Part shown: positions 39,942 through 52,619 of the stretch, piece by piece
Layout of the letters: every line of letters starts with the position of its first letter
Numbering within the stretch: the stretch's first letter is position 1
Source of the DNA: Rhizophagus irregularis
Taxonomy: Eukaryota
Direction of reading: 5' to 3'
DNA length: 64,000 nt
NCBI RefSeq assembly: GCF_026210795.1
Contig: NC_089435.1
Location: forward strand, 1,054,001 to 1,118,000
Notes under the pieces: generated by a model
Told to the model about the DNA's origin: nothing
Seen by the model: the letters and a program-made list of their open reading frames with translations, nothing else
Databases searched by the model: none
Made by a program: the position numbers and the translations under genes

Positions 39942-41290
39942 TTATACATTTTCCTTATCCCCTTTATTAATATCCCTTTGTCTTCCCTTACCCCTTGGTC
40001 TACCCCTTGGCCTACTATTTCTCTATCTTCTCTTCTTTCACTTTCTTTCACCTTTCTCATTTTATTAATGTCAGCAACTGTAACGTATAGCTTTCAGTTA
40101 AAAGAATTTCTTGGTTAATTATTGTTTGCAACCTTTACAGCATGTGATATTGGAATTGAAACAATTTATCAATTCCTTGACTATTTAAATTACTACAGAA
40201 TTCAAATATTGGATGCTTAGAAGGAGGATTTGCAGATTCGAAAGCGTTAACTAATAAATGTGCAAGTTCCCAAATTTTTTCTTTTCGAGATTAAATATGA
40301 TGTGGTTGGGAGGTTTGTACAGAATCATTAATATAATTGCAAATTAACACATCTGTTCGTTCTTTTTCTAATTGTGTTTTAATTTTAATTTTCTTTATCT
40401 GTAGGAATTCTTGTCACATTTTGCTTTACAAACTCGACACCAAACAACTCTAACGCTTCATCATACGCAAGAAAGTATCCGTGACTTGCCAACTTAACAG
40501 ATGGTATCATATAGGGATGGCAACGGTCGGTCATGGTCAGTCATCGGTCGGTCATAACCGGTCAAGAACCTTTGACCGACCGACCGACCGGGTTAACCAA
40601 CCGTTTGACCGACTGGTTAACTGATCCTGAAAATGTTTGCGAAACGTAATTTAATTGAAATACTTAATAAAAAATGTTTTCGCAACATTTTCTATTAAAA
40701 TAATTAAAAAAACGTTTGCAAAACATTTTTATTTATTAAATTACGTTTTGCAAACGTTTTCAGGATCGGTTAAACGGTCGGTCAAACGGTCGGTCAAATG
40801 GTTGGTTAGAGGTCTTTGACTGACCGATATCAGTCACGGTCATGACCGGTCATAACCGGTTAATGACCGTGACTGTTGCCATCCCTAGTACCATATAAAG
40901 TATTGCACGAAGCTGTGGGTCATTTAAAAGTGATGTGATACTGATTTTGCGTGATTTGACTTTCCAGCAATGGGAAACAAAGGGGAAAAGGCTTTTAGGC
41001 TTTCATGTTGAAGATTAAATATACCCCATCAGATTCCAAACCAATGTGCTCGTCAATAACTAGCCCACTGAAAATACAGGTACCAAACTTTCATAATTTT
41101 ATTTTTTTTAAAATATCATCTAATGTTTGTTTATTCTTTTCTATATACAAATTAATTCCTATACCAAGTACCAACAGAAACCCAAATTAGTTCTAATACC
41201 TTTAAAGTTGCTCTAAAATCAACACCTTTTTCTAATTTATACATAATCGTACACCTAATATTCCTGCCATATTAAATATATCGCATCCTG
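39942..41290 (-). pseudogene. Decayed uncharacterised, probably transposon-associated protein with a C-terminal AT-hook; split by a hAT MITE
   Basis: Fragments: LEKGVDFRATLKVLELIWVSVG, KVWYLYFQWASY, ESLKAFSPLFPIAGKSNHAKSV, [MITE], SVKLASHGYFLAYDEALELFGVEFVKQN, ...RPRGRPRGKGRQRDINKGDKENV*. Many stops and frameshifts. Confidence 0.7.
40512..40887. mobile_element. 376-bp hAT MITE
   Basis: TIR TAGGGATGGCAAC...GTTGCCATCCCTA, flanks GTATCATA / GTACCATA (7/8 TSD match), dense GACC/CGGTC subterminal repeats and a quasi-palindromic interior. Confidence 0.92.
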
Positions 41291-42519
41291 AAAAAATTGT
41301 AATTAATCATACTTGTTTATTTCTAAAAAAATATTCTATACTTTTATATTCTTTTAAATGTTCATGTATCAATTCTTCTAAAGTATGTATTGTGAAAGCA
41401 TATAAATATTGTAAATGTAAAATGTTAATCGTTAATGAATAGATATTTGGATGAATATATAATTTCATTTTATAGGTTATACTTCAATAGAACTTGAGCC
41501 TGACATTGATATTGAAAGTTAATTAAAATTGAAATTTAACAATTCAAATCTTTAATTAAATATAATTTATATCAATAGATCAAATGTACTTGGAACTAGT
41601 AAGCGAAATATTGAAGAATTAAATATAAATTCTCATGAATTTTAAAGTAGGAAAGCACAATATAATTAAGTGATAATAAAGAAATATGGATTTGGAAATC
41701 GATTACGAATAATATTTTGGCGTTCTTGAATATTGTATTCATATATTTCATACTTATTTTATATATTGATAATCAATATCATAAACATTTAGCTATTAAT
41801 TTTAACATTAATATATTCGCGAATAATAGTGATATTTAAAGTGAAATTAAAGGCCACAATAGTTCTAACGTTTAACACATTGTACGTGACATTTTCAAAT
41901 GTTCACGTTACACTTTCCAAAATTACTAAATAGGATTTATCACAGATTAAAGTTTTGATCTTTTAGAACAAAATTACTACTATATTATATTGAGTTGATT
42001 TATATAAATTTAACAGACCTTTTTTTTTAAAAAAAAAAGGTTTCAAAATTCTATTAAAGCCTTTCAACAACCTTTTCATTAATGTTAAATAATTTAAATG
42101 ATCACAATGTAAATTATTCAAGTTAGAAAATCAAAAGTTAAAAGTTAAAAGAATTTCGTGCATATGGTATATGTATACGGGTTAAGTGGGGTTTAACTAA
42201 TCAACCAGACGAAAGAATTATTGAATCAGATCAAGGTTCAGTTATTCATGGATTTTGTTCGCGTCCTTCTAGTTGCATAATAATGAAATGCATTTTTTTT
42301 TTGCTAATAAACAATTAATTTAATTACAATAGTTTGTAATCAAAATTATTAAAAAATACTACATTGATGATGTATTAAATATAGTATATTAAAGATTATC
42401 AAGAAACGTTCATTTTATTGTTTTGAATATGTCTTTCTACAAACTATATTTAGGGTCATTTGATTCTCTCATCTGTTATGATGAATAAATTTAATATTGC
42501 CTATTTAGTATTTATGTAT

Positions 42520-44258
42520 TCAAGGTTTATATAACAATTCCAATATAAAACGAGCAACTTGCATAAGTGCTGCTAAAAGTACTATAGTAAAAAGAAACAT
42601 AATTATAAATAAAAATAACGCTGATATTATAATTGTTGGCAAAAGAAACTTATCAAATAGTATCCATTCAATAAATGGAATTACTCTTTTAAACATTCTC
42701 TTGATGAATCGAAAAACCCTATTAATACTTCGAAAAATTCTATTACTAAGTCTATCATCTATAATTTGAAATACTTCATATTCTTCTATTTCAAAATTTT
42801 CTTTGTTAATAACTTTCTTTTCATAAGAGTGTTGTTTACTTTTACCAACAATATTATCATTTAAAGAATAAATAAACAAATCATGTAATCCAAAACAAGG
42901 TCCTTTGTTTTTGCACCAAGTGATTGCTTCTCTTTTGGATATGACACGACTTAATACAGCAGGAATTGTTCGATTTGTTAATGAAAATATAAAACTATCT
43001 GATGATTCATGTTGATGATTATTGTAAACATCATCATGATAATATAATAAAGAACTTCTTTCATTTTCCAATATTTTATAACTACGCCATTCTAATGGAT
43101 TATATCCACCAATTATTTCACCTGAATCATAAACTTTAATGACAACAACTGTTGGTCCCTTGTTATCACAATTATCATGAAATTTCTTGATTTCAAAATC
43201 TTCTTGACTTGCACGATAAATAAGTTTAAATTTAAAAGGTATATTTTTGAAAATATAAGGTGCTCCACGTTTTTTATCAATCCAACTTGCTATCAATGCT
43301 GCATCTTTAGAATTAATAATTTTCGAGTCAAAAATAAATCTCGAGGGTAAAACATTGAATGTAGTTTTGAAATTAGGATTTGATAAACATTGAAGAACTT
43401 CTCCATCAAGACCATCTGGTAAGATATCCTTAAATTGAGTCCTAATTTTCATATAATCATTGAATGACATTTGAAAGAATCGAATGTGAGGAATACAATC
43501 ATGAATCGTTTTTTCTAGATTTATGAAATCCGTTGACTTCCATTTAGTTATATCACCATCTAAAATAGAATTAGTATTTTTAATTCCCCATTTAATTAAA
43601 TATTCCCAAATTTCAATCTCTTCTAATTCAAGATTATCACATTTTAAAAGTTGTATAAGGAAAGTTTTTTCTATTTTTAAGTATTCCTCCGATTCAAAAA
43701 TAATTTTAGGATTACTACAAACTAATTCTAATGCAAAATTATATAAATTAATGAAATGATCATGTTGATAAACTTTGATAATATCTTTTGGTTGCCAAGC
43801 CGATTTATTTTCAGTCAAAATTTCTTCAAGTTGTTGAAATAGTTTAATTAATTGAAGCTCATCTGCTGCAATAACAATATCAACAAGGCTAACTTCATTA
43901 TTATCTTTAATATAAAGTAATCCTGTATAAATATACCTATCCATGATATTATTTTTGTAAATGATTAATAATTTTTATTTAAAAAAATGATTAAAGTTGA
44001 ATTTAGTACCTACTTTATAATAACCTCAAACACCAACGGTGAAATGTTAGGTTTGCTAAAAACAACGATTCCATCATCTTCTTTACTTGTCCATCGTGTA
44101 GATAATCCATTTTTAAAATAGATTGACCTAGAAGATAAAATTAACGAATGTGCTCTAAATTCCTTAGTATTTTCTTCTTTACCAACTATAATTTTTACAT
44201 CATAATCGTCAGGATTTTCAAGTAAATTTGAAAAATCTATAGGTAATGTACGATTCAT
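42520..44258 (-). CDS. BTB/POZ-BACK-TLDc protein with a C-terminal hydrophobic segment; exons 44258-44014 and 43936-42520
   Basis: BTB DVKIIVG..EFRAHSLILSSRSIYF and YIYTG; BACK EIEIWEYLIKWG..CIPHIRF; TLDc LIYRAS..FHDNCDNKGPT..IGGYNP..GPCFG..EEYEVFQ. The GT-AG intron 44013-43937 is in frame. Confidence 0.92.
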
Positions 44259-44479
44259 ATTTTATAAATTTTATCAAAAAGATAATTAGCTTAAAGGGAT
44301 CTGATGTTTAAAAATGTATTTAAGCAAGTATTAATTGAACTGTGACGGACCTAAAACTTAGTATTTGTAATAATGACGTTATGATTAATAAGTGGTGTAA
44401 TAACAGGTAATTTCAACTAATAAACTAATGATAATGGATAAAAACCAAGCTCAGTTAATTCAGTACGAAGTTATAAAAT

Positions 44480-45720
44480 TGTTTTTATTTTTCAAATGCG
44501 TAAATAATTGTAAAGAATTGGTCCTGATTTCATGGACGTTTAGATTTTGAGAGTTTTTATTTAAAATTATATATATTTATGAGAGTTTTATTTAAAAATT
44601 TTATATATTTATGAGACTGTTTTATATAAAAACATTGCTAATTATTTTTACTACGTTCTGTACTTAGATAAAGCTGCTATATGAAATATTTGAAATATTG
44701 GAGACAGAGAAGGAATGTTTTCTTTACTATTGTTTGGTTTCAACGATAACGTATGTTTGTATGTTGTTCGGTGATATGTCTAGACGATGTTTTGTCTTGA
44801 CCTAAATTTTTATTGCAGAATGAGCAGACATATTTCCTATTTCCCATATTTCCTCTCTGTTGACTTAATGTATTCTCCAAGCTCTTGTTGTTGAAACAGT
44901 TAAAAGCAATAGTTGTATCGATGGTATCTATGAAATAACTACTAAGTATATTAATGTAGGATATTACATTGTAACTTCCTAATGATCTGTTTCGATATAC
45001 TGCATTATTGCTCGAGATATCTATTTATCCTGACTCCACTATATTAATTCTGTTAAATATTATTCAAGGAAGAACTTAACTATAATAACATAATACAGTA
45101 ACTGATTTGCAATCGTCGAAACGAAAAAAAATTCTTTTTTTTTCCTAAAATTTATCAAAATTTATTAACTTTAAAAAATCGAATGTACCAAATTAAATAC
45201 AATAAATAAAGAATAGGGATTTATTATTCTTTAACTTTATTATAATAATTAATAATATATATTTAAAAAAAATATGATTTAAATATAAAAATTAAAACAT
45301 AATATTAAATATAAATCAAAAAATATTATATTGAGTCGTATTTAAAACATAAAATAAATTATAAATTTTTTGCAACTTATTTTATTTAAATAATAATATT
45401 ATATACATAATATCTAACGGTAATGAAAAATGTAGAAATAAACTCATAATTACACACAAAAAAATCTCTACCACTTTTACTTGTTTTCCTATAAATTAAT
45501 TTTCGTCTCTATTATTAAAAATAAGTAAATTTGATTATATTATTAATTGTTATAATAAATTTTAATAAAAAATCATTTTTTCTTCCGAAAATTAATTTTT
45601 TCAAACAAATTCACGACACACGTCTTAGAATAAGTTAAAAATTCCTTATGTGTAGCTTCACTATGAGTTTTTTGATTCTGTGATTCAAAAAAAAAAAAAT
45701 TGATTTCAACAGTTGAATGA
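44480..45720. repeat. Intergenic block duplicated at about 52620-54265
   Basis: Shared runs such as agataaagctgctatatgaaatatttgaaatattg, aagaatagggatttattattct and tgcaacttattttatttaa occur in the same order and orientation. Confidence 0.85.
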
Positions 45721-45976
45721 AAGAGAATGTCATATTATTGAAAAAGTATTATGGTTTGACAGGTTTGACACAAACAATCGGTTTTGTTTATATTATTACA
45801 TTTAAATTAATATGTCCTAAGTAATATTCAAATCATCAAAATCCTACTTACTTAAATTATTAGTAATATGTCATGAATACGTAGTATACGCAGTATACTT
45901 ATTACACATTCACAGTCATCATTACGTATTACACATGTAGCCAAAAAAATTTTTTCAAAAAAAAAAAGGAATAAAA

Positions 45977-47323
45977 ATGGTCAGATTAAATAAAGATATT
46001 CTCTATTCTCTATTTGAATATTTAGAAGATAATTTATATTCATGTCTTTTAGTTAATAAAACTTGGTGTGAAATAATTGTTCTATTTTTATGGAAAGATC
46101 CTTGGAATGGATTAGTTTATGTTCGTTCAGAAATGATATTATTGAATGTAATTATATTACACATACAAGATGAAGCAAAAATTAAAGAGATTTATAATTA
46201 TTTAGAAAATAGTAAAATCTATATGGCCTTACCTTTATTAAATTATCAAAGACCTTTATTAAATTATATTAGTTTTTGTAAACATTTAAATTTAGGTTCT
46301 ATTATGAATATAACCAAAAATATTGTGAAAGATTAATTGTTAAAGATGAAATATTCAAACTTTTTATTAACAAAAATGTAAACATTACACACCTTTACAT
46401 ACCAAGAAAATTTAATTATCAATTTCAAAAATCAAATTTTTAAGTTGTTGTGCTAGCATTAATAATAATATTTTAACTGGATTATCAGAATGTAAAATCA
46501 ATTAGAGAGTTGGAACTTTTTATTGTAAGTTCTAAGAACAATTATGAGATTATTAAATTAATTAAGGCTCAAAAAAAATTAGTTAATGTTTATTTTAGAA
46601 GGTATACTTACTGGGAACCACAAGATGAACCACCGTTCTGTGAGATTCTTGAAAATTCTTTGATTAAACATTCAAATACTATTCAATATTTTACAGGATT
46701 TAAACCATTTACCACAGAATTCTCTCATTTTGGGCAAATTTAAAAAGTTTAGAATTGCATGGTGATTATTTATTTGAAGAAAGCAAATGGAAGTGTTTAG
46801 AAAATTTATCTTTACCTTCTTTACAATTTTTAAAACTTCAAGAATTTCCTGTCAAGTATTTAATAAGTTTAGTTGAAAGTACAAAAAGATCACTTATTAT
46901 AATAGAACTTTATAACATCATCTATTTAAAGAATGAGAATGAAAGAATTATTCATACTATTTATCAAAATTGTCCGAAACTTATATATCTAACATTTACA
47001 CCTCAAGATGACAATATTTTAGAAATAGAAAAATTATTAACTACTTGTCAATATTTAAATGGATTACATATTATATCCAAAAATGATTTTAATTGGAATA
47101 AATTTTTTAATGTATTAGCTAAAATATCACCAATTAATTTGTATAATTTTTGCTTTGATAATAATTTTCCAATAGAAATTGCGCCCCTAAAATTTTTATA
47201 GATAACTGGAAAGGAAGAAATCCTATATTTTTAAAATTACAAGGTGAGATTACTATAGAAATGGAATATTTGTTAGAAGAATATGAAGTAAAAGGAAGAA
47301 TAGTCAATTATGATGAATGGTAA
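45977..47323 (+). pseudogene. F-box/LRR-like gene with frameshifts
   Basis: MVRLNKDILYSLFEYLEDNLYSCLLVNKTWCEIIVLFLWKDPW (F-box-like). It continues in separate frames (46510, 46755, then DNWKGRNPI...DEW* at 47323). Confidence 0.85.
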
Positions 47324-48864
47324 ATTTTTTTTATATTAAATTTAAAATTAAAAATGCTGATATTATTAATAGTGGGAATAATGTTTTAGATGATTTTCTT
47401 GTTAGTATAAGATCGTATCAATTGGAAATAACTGTAATTGATTGTAATATTGAATTATAATGATATTATTTATATAATCTAATTTCCATTACTTTATTTT
47501 TCAAAGAATGTAAATCATTATCATCAGTAGAAACTTGAATGACAAAAAAAATATTTTAAAAAAGCCAAATATTTAGTTCTTTGACTTTTCATAATATATT
47601 CCTTTATAAAAAGTAAAATGTTCTTTTATCAAATATGGTAACTGGTAAGTACAGTAATAAGAAAATGGGAAAAGTGGGTTGTGAAATTTTCACGTCAAAA
47701 TCACTTGTAATAATTACAAGAGATATTCTAATTTAAAAGGAAGAATTTATTTTAAATTTTGTAGTACTCTTTGTACTAAATAAATTAATCTCAGCTATAT
47801 AAAAAAATTATTGATTGATATTAACCAAAGATCAATTAACAATTGATTATAAATCAATGAATCATCATTTTTTGAAAATTAACTAGTGAAACTGAACTTT
47901 TTTTTCTCATATGATAGAATAAACATGGGATTTGACCGAGTTTTCTTTATATTGGTTAAATTTATTGGTTAAGATATTTAAAATGTTGATATTACCATTA
48001 ACGGATGCTCTGAGGTTTAACTTCATTGATGAAGAAATAATCTTTGAAAATTCTAAGAAAAAACTTTTCTTGAGTATCATTTATTCATCAATATGACATA
48101 GTTATCATAAAACTTAATTATGCATGTTCTATATTTCGCATATTCTGTAACTATTTACTATATCGCAGAGAAATTATTATGATTTGTATATTAAAGGATT
48201 TAGCAATAATTAAAGTATGTGTCATGAAAAAAGCCGAATAGAGCATCATACGAAAGGGATAAATTCACAGGTTTGCATTGTGCAATGTTATCAAAACGGA
48301 TTGTTAACATTTAAAAATGTCTATTTACATGTATGACTAAAATCAAAAAATTAAGAATTAATCCTAAATCAATTTTCATCCTTACCTAAGTCAATGACCA
48401 ACTCTAAGGTTTTATTAATTCTCTTAGCTTTTAAACTTTTTTAAAGAAAAGGTAAACGTCTTGGAAATTGATCAGATTATAAAAGTTGGGCGGAAAAGAA
48501 GTAATATTTATAACCCTGTAAAAAAAGTTGATCCGTTTTTTATATTCCATGTTTTTTCCATAAGGCTCATATTTCCAGAATTAATAACCTTGTATCAATG
48601 TATCATGGAATTTATTGATTTATTTACATTTTCTGTGAATGGATCCGTTCTTACGGAGTTTTACAGAAATAACAGATAAAATTTTTATAGAGTTGTAAAA
48701 TAATTTGGTTATATATATATATATATATTAATTAACTATTCATTTTACTGTATATTTGAATAAACATCATATTTAAGCCATATTTTACAAAAAGAAACTT
48801 TTATTTATTATAAATAACAATAATTTAATACATTTTAAAAAAATCTATATATACAGTAAATGAA

Positions 48865-50445
48865 CTAGCAATACATTTCACTTACAAACTCGTGATTATA
48901 TATCTTTAATTCGTGATACTTTTGAATTACAATATTATATGATCCAAATTCTTCATTTTCCATTGAAATCAAGTCATCATATTCTTCTTTATCGGAAAAA
49001 TATTCTAGAAAAGCCAAATATTCAACTCTTTTATTTTTCATTATATATTCTTTTATATAATGTAAAATAGAATTTCTTTGGAATACTGGTATTCTTGTTA
49101 CAGTACATACACATTTAATTAATAATTTTTTAATAAAAATGGTTTGTAAATTTTTCAAAAAAAATTCAAAATCACTTATATTACTAATTGGAATGATTAA
49201 ATTTAAATATTCTAATCTGGAAGGAAGGATTTTCCATAAATTTTGTAATATGATTGAACCAGAATTAGCTATAGGGCTAATTTCAATAGTGAGATAATTA
49301 AGACTTAATTTAACTTTTTCGATTAATTTGAGTATTTTATAAATACTATCATGATTAAATTCGCAAAATGTTAAGAATTTGATGTTTGTACTATAATGAT
49401 TAATAATTAAGTCTAATAACTCGACTTCTCCTCTTGGTAAACAATAAAGTTCGAGTCCAAAATTTTCTAAATAATTACCGGAGTTTTGTAATAATAATCT
49501 TATTGGTTCGATTATTATTTCAGATACAAATAACGATCTTAATTTAAAGGGGTAAGTTACAAATATTGAATCTAAAAAAGAACAACAAAGTATATGAATG
49601 GATTCTAAGACATTTAATTGTTCAAATACTTCATTTAAAGCAACTATATTTTTAAAGTCAATAAAATAAAATATAATTGTTCTTAAAGTATTGATAAAAT
49701 CAGGGTTTTTGAGTGAATTATATAAGGGAAGACTATCAAAATTAAAAGAAATATTTTCGAGATTTTTTTGTGAATTAATTATATTAATTAGATTTTCTTC
49801 AACATTTTGATAAGGATCTATGAATTGAAAATTAATTGAAGAAATTGATTTGGAATTTAAGCTTAAAAATTTTAAAAATGAATCTATATTAAATGTATCA
49901 TAAGTGTCAAACTTAAGATAAAGTTTCCTGATATTACAAATAAAATTTGGATTTAAAATAATTTGAGAAATAGTAATATTATAATAATTACGGTTATATG
50001 TAAAATCAAGAGTAAGTAAATTTGCATCACTTTCAACAAATAATTTAATTAATGACTTATAGATAAATTTTACGAGACCTTTTTGTCGTATCGGATTAAC
50101 TATTGCATCCCACTTTTTTATAGAATTGATTAATTTATTTGTATCTAAATGTCTAATAAAACTGGAATAATTGAATAATGCATATGAAAATAAATTAGTA
50201 TTAATTTCATATTTATTTAATTTTTTTTTATCATCATCATTTAAATTACATAAGTAAGCCTCAATGTAATTATAGTTTTTCGGTTGTTTAAATGAAAATG
50301 GATCTTCCCATATAAATGGGATTGTTAAACGAGACCATAACTTGTTAACTTGAAAACATGAATATAAAGTTGAAAAGTCATCCTGAAAATGTTTTATGAT
50401 TTCCCATGCTACTTCCGTGCATTCCATAGCTTTTGTACATTCCAT
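48865..50445 (-). CDS. F-box-like / LRR-like protein, 526 aa, single exon
   Basis: EVAWEIIKHFQDDFSTLYSCFQVNKLWSRLTIPFIWEDPF and LFNYSSFIRHLD, followed by LxxLxL-type repeats in an uninterrupted ORF. Confidence 0.88.
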   Translation of the reverse strand: MECTKAMECTEVAWEIIKHFQDDFSTLYSCFQVNKLWSRLTIPFIWEDPFSFKQPKNYNYIEAYLCNLNDDDKKKLNKYEINTNLFSYALFNYSSFIRHLDTNKLINSIKKWDAIVNPIRQKGLVKFIYKSLIKLFVESDANLLTLDFTYNRNYYNITISQIILNPNFICNIRKLYLKFDTYDTFNIDSFLKFLSLNSKSISSINFQFIDPYQNVEENLINIINSQKNLENISFNFDSLPLYNSLKNPDFINTLRTIIFYFIDFKNIVALNEVFEQLNVLESIHILCCSFLDSIFVTYPFKLRSLFVSEIIIEPIRLLLQNSGNYLENFGLELYCLPRGEVELLDLIINHYSTNIKFLTFCEFNHDSIYKILKLIEKVKLSLNYLTIEISPIANSGSIILQNLWKILPSRLEYLNLIIPISNISDFEFFLKNLQTIFIKKLLIKCVCTVTRIPVFQRNSILHYIKEYIMKNKRVEYLAFLEYFSDKEEYDDLISMENEEFGSYNIVIQKYHELKIYNHEFVSEMYC

Positions 50446-51630
50446 AGCGAATAATTTAGGCGAAAAGGGAAATTTTAAATTTTTTAAAAAAAATTACGCC
50501 GTAGTGTAAACTAAAGAAAAAAAAGAAAAGGGGAATTTAATTTTTTTTTTAAAAATTACGCCGAAAGTGGTTTATTTATACTAGGCGTATTTGTGTAATC
50601 ACATATCATTTGAATATAAATAAATTTATTGTAGAAATGACCCCATTTTCGGAATGGTTGTTCCGATTGTTCCAATGATATTATTAATATATGTTATAAA
50701 TATAGTGGTTTATCGGCATAAATTTAGCCGATGTAGATAAATACAAAAATAGTTACATGAATTTATTTCCGGCTCATTCGAGATGGTAAATCACCCATAA
50801 AATGCAAAAATAGTTTTTTATTGTTACATAAATTTATTTCCGGCTCGTAAAATACAAAAATAATTTTTTTATTGTTACAATGAAATTATAAGTACATGTA
50901 AACAACGTGTAAAATTTGAATTCACTGATTGGTCACCGGTCCTCTGTGAGATGAAACCGAATTTTTTTTTTCCTTTTTTCAAACCTTTCAAACATTTTTT
51001 TTTCGGTTTGGTCTTATTCCTAAAACCGAAATTTTTTAACTATCTTTTTTCGGTTTGTTTTTATCTTTTATTCTGATTTTTTTAAAAAAATTTTTCCTCT
51101 TTTCTAATATTTTAATACTTCTTTTTAGATTTGGTTTTTTTTTTAACTAAATTTTTTTAAATTTTTTTTAATCTATACTGTATTTTTTTAATATAATTTT
51201 TTTTTTATTTAATATTTTTTTATTACTGCTACTTAAGTACATTATTAGATTGACGCTGCGTCGCTGCGGTGTTATAGTACCTCCTTCCTAATTATTTTTT
51301 TTTGCTAATCCTTTCACCCTTTTAAATTTGGGATCAGTGATCGGAGCGGTGCTACGACAAGCACCTTTTTTCCGATTTTTATTTTTAATAATACCAATTA
51401 TTTTTTAACTAATTTTTTTTCTTCCTCGTTCTTTACCTTTTAGTTTAATCGAAGTTAATATTTTTTTTATGAATAAATATGTTTTGTATGTTTTTTTTAA
51501 TTAGAATAAATATATTTTTTTTGCTTAGTAAAAATAAAAAAAACATATCCAGCCAAAAAAAAAAATAAATAAAACTGATAATTTATTTAATTGTAGAGAT
51601 AATTTTTTTTTTTAACAATTAATATAATTA

Positions 51631-52265
51631 AGGTTACGACACATTTTGACGAAATCAATTTCACAGAAACCCATTTTGCTGAAGTCATTTCTTCGAAGAG
51701 ATGTGTAACGTTTCTCTGAAAGGATGTTTCGCCGAAAATACATTTTATCGAATCCATTTTACCGAATCATCCATTTTGCCGAATTCCAATTTCACCGAAT
51801 CCCATTTCGCCAAATGGATATTTCGCCGAAAATAGTAACGATTACATAATATTTTCTAAAAAGTATTCATCGCGCAATGAAAATAAAAATTAAATTATTT
51901 TTAGAGATTTATTTTTTTCAGGATATTATTACTTTAATATTCAAGTAACTGATATTAATTGTTAATATTTATTCACAAAAAAGTAAGTAAAAAAAATCAA
52001 TGTATTATAAAAATCAGCTAATTCAAAAATTTTTCTAGAAAAGACTTTTTTATGTATTTAGTATAAAAACTATAAAATAACCAAATGGAATAAATAATTT
52101 TTTAGCGAATTGTCCATTCAGTAAAATGGCTTCAGCGAAATGGAATTCAGTGAAATGGGGTTTCGGTGAAATGGTATTTCGGCGGCGAAACGTCCTTTCG
52201 GCGAAATATCCCTTCAGTGAAATATCTCTTTGGCGAAATGGCTTCGACGAAAATTCTGGATACCG
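51631..52265. mobile_element. Foldback-type MITE with arrays of about 15-bp subterminal repeats
   Basis: Left arm repeats cattt(c/t)(a/g)ccgaa and right arm inverted repeats ttcggcgaaatg. The 8-bp direct repeat TATAATTA lies at 51623-51630 and 52266-52273. Confidence 0.8.
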
Positions 52266-52619
52266 TATAATTAATACTTATTTTAATATTGTCCATTACT
52301 AATAATTATTATTAATTTTAAACATTTTCTTTAATCAATAAATATATAATTTTTTTTTTAATTAAATAATGTATCTTTGATTAAAAGTAATTAAAATTAT
52401 AATATATTATGAAAAATGGTAAAAAAAAAATAATATTTTTAATGTTTGTCCAAACAGAATTTTCACAGGATTTTGTAATTCAGGATTATGCAGTTTTTCT
52501 GGATTTTGAGACGGACCAATCTTGTCATGTGTCAAACCACATGCTAAATTTACATCCAATATATGAATTTAATAATGGCGCGGTGATATGTATTTATGTT
52601 TCGAACATTAGCAGGTTAT

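Noticed and set aside
43523..43759. Plus-strand ORF (also 60083-60289 and 60525-60713)
   Set aside because: Antisense shadows of the BTB-TLDc genes.
50890..52560. Possible larger TIR element around the foldback MITE
   Set aside because: Only patchy inverted similarity (GATTGGTC / GACCAATC) and no TSD.
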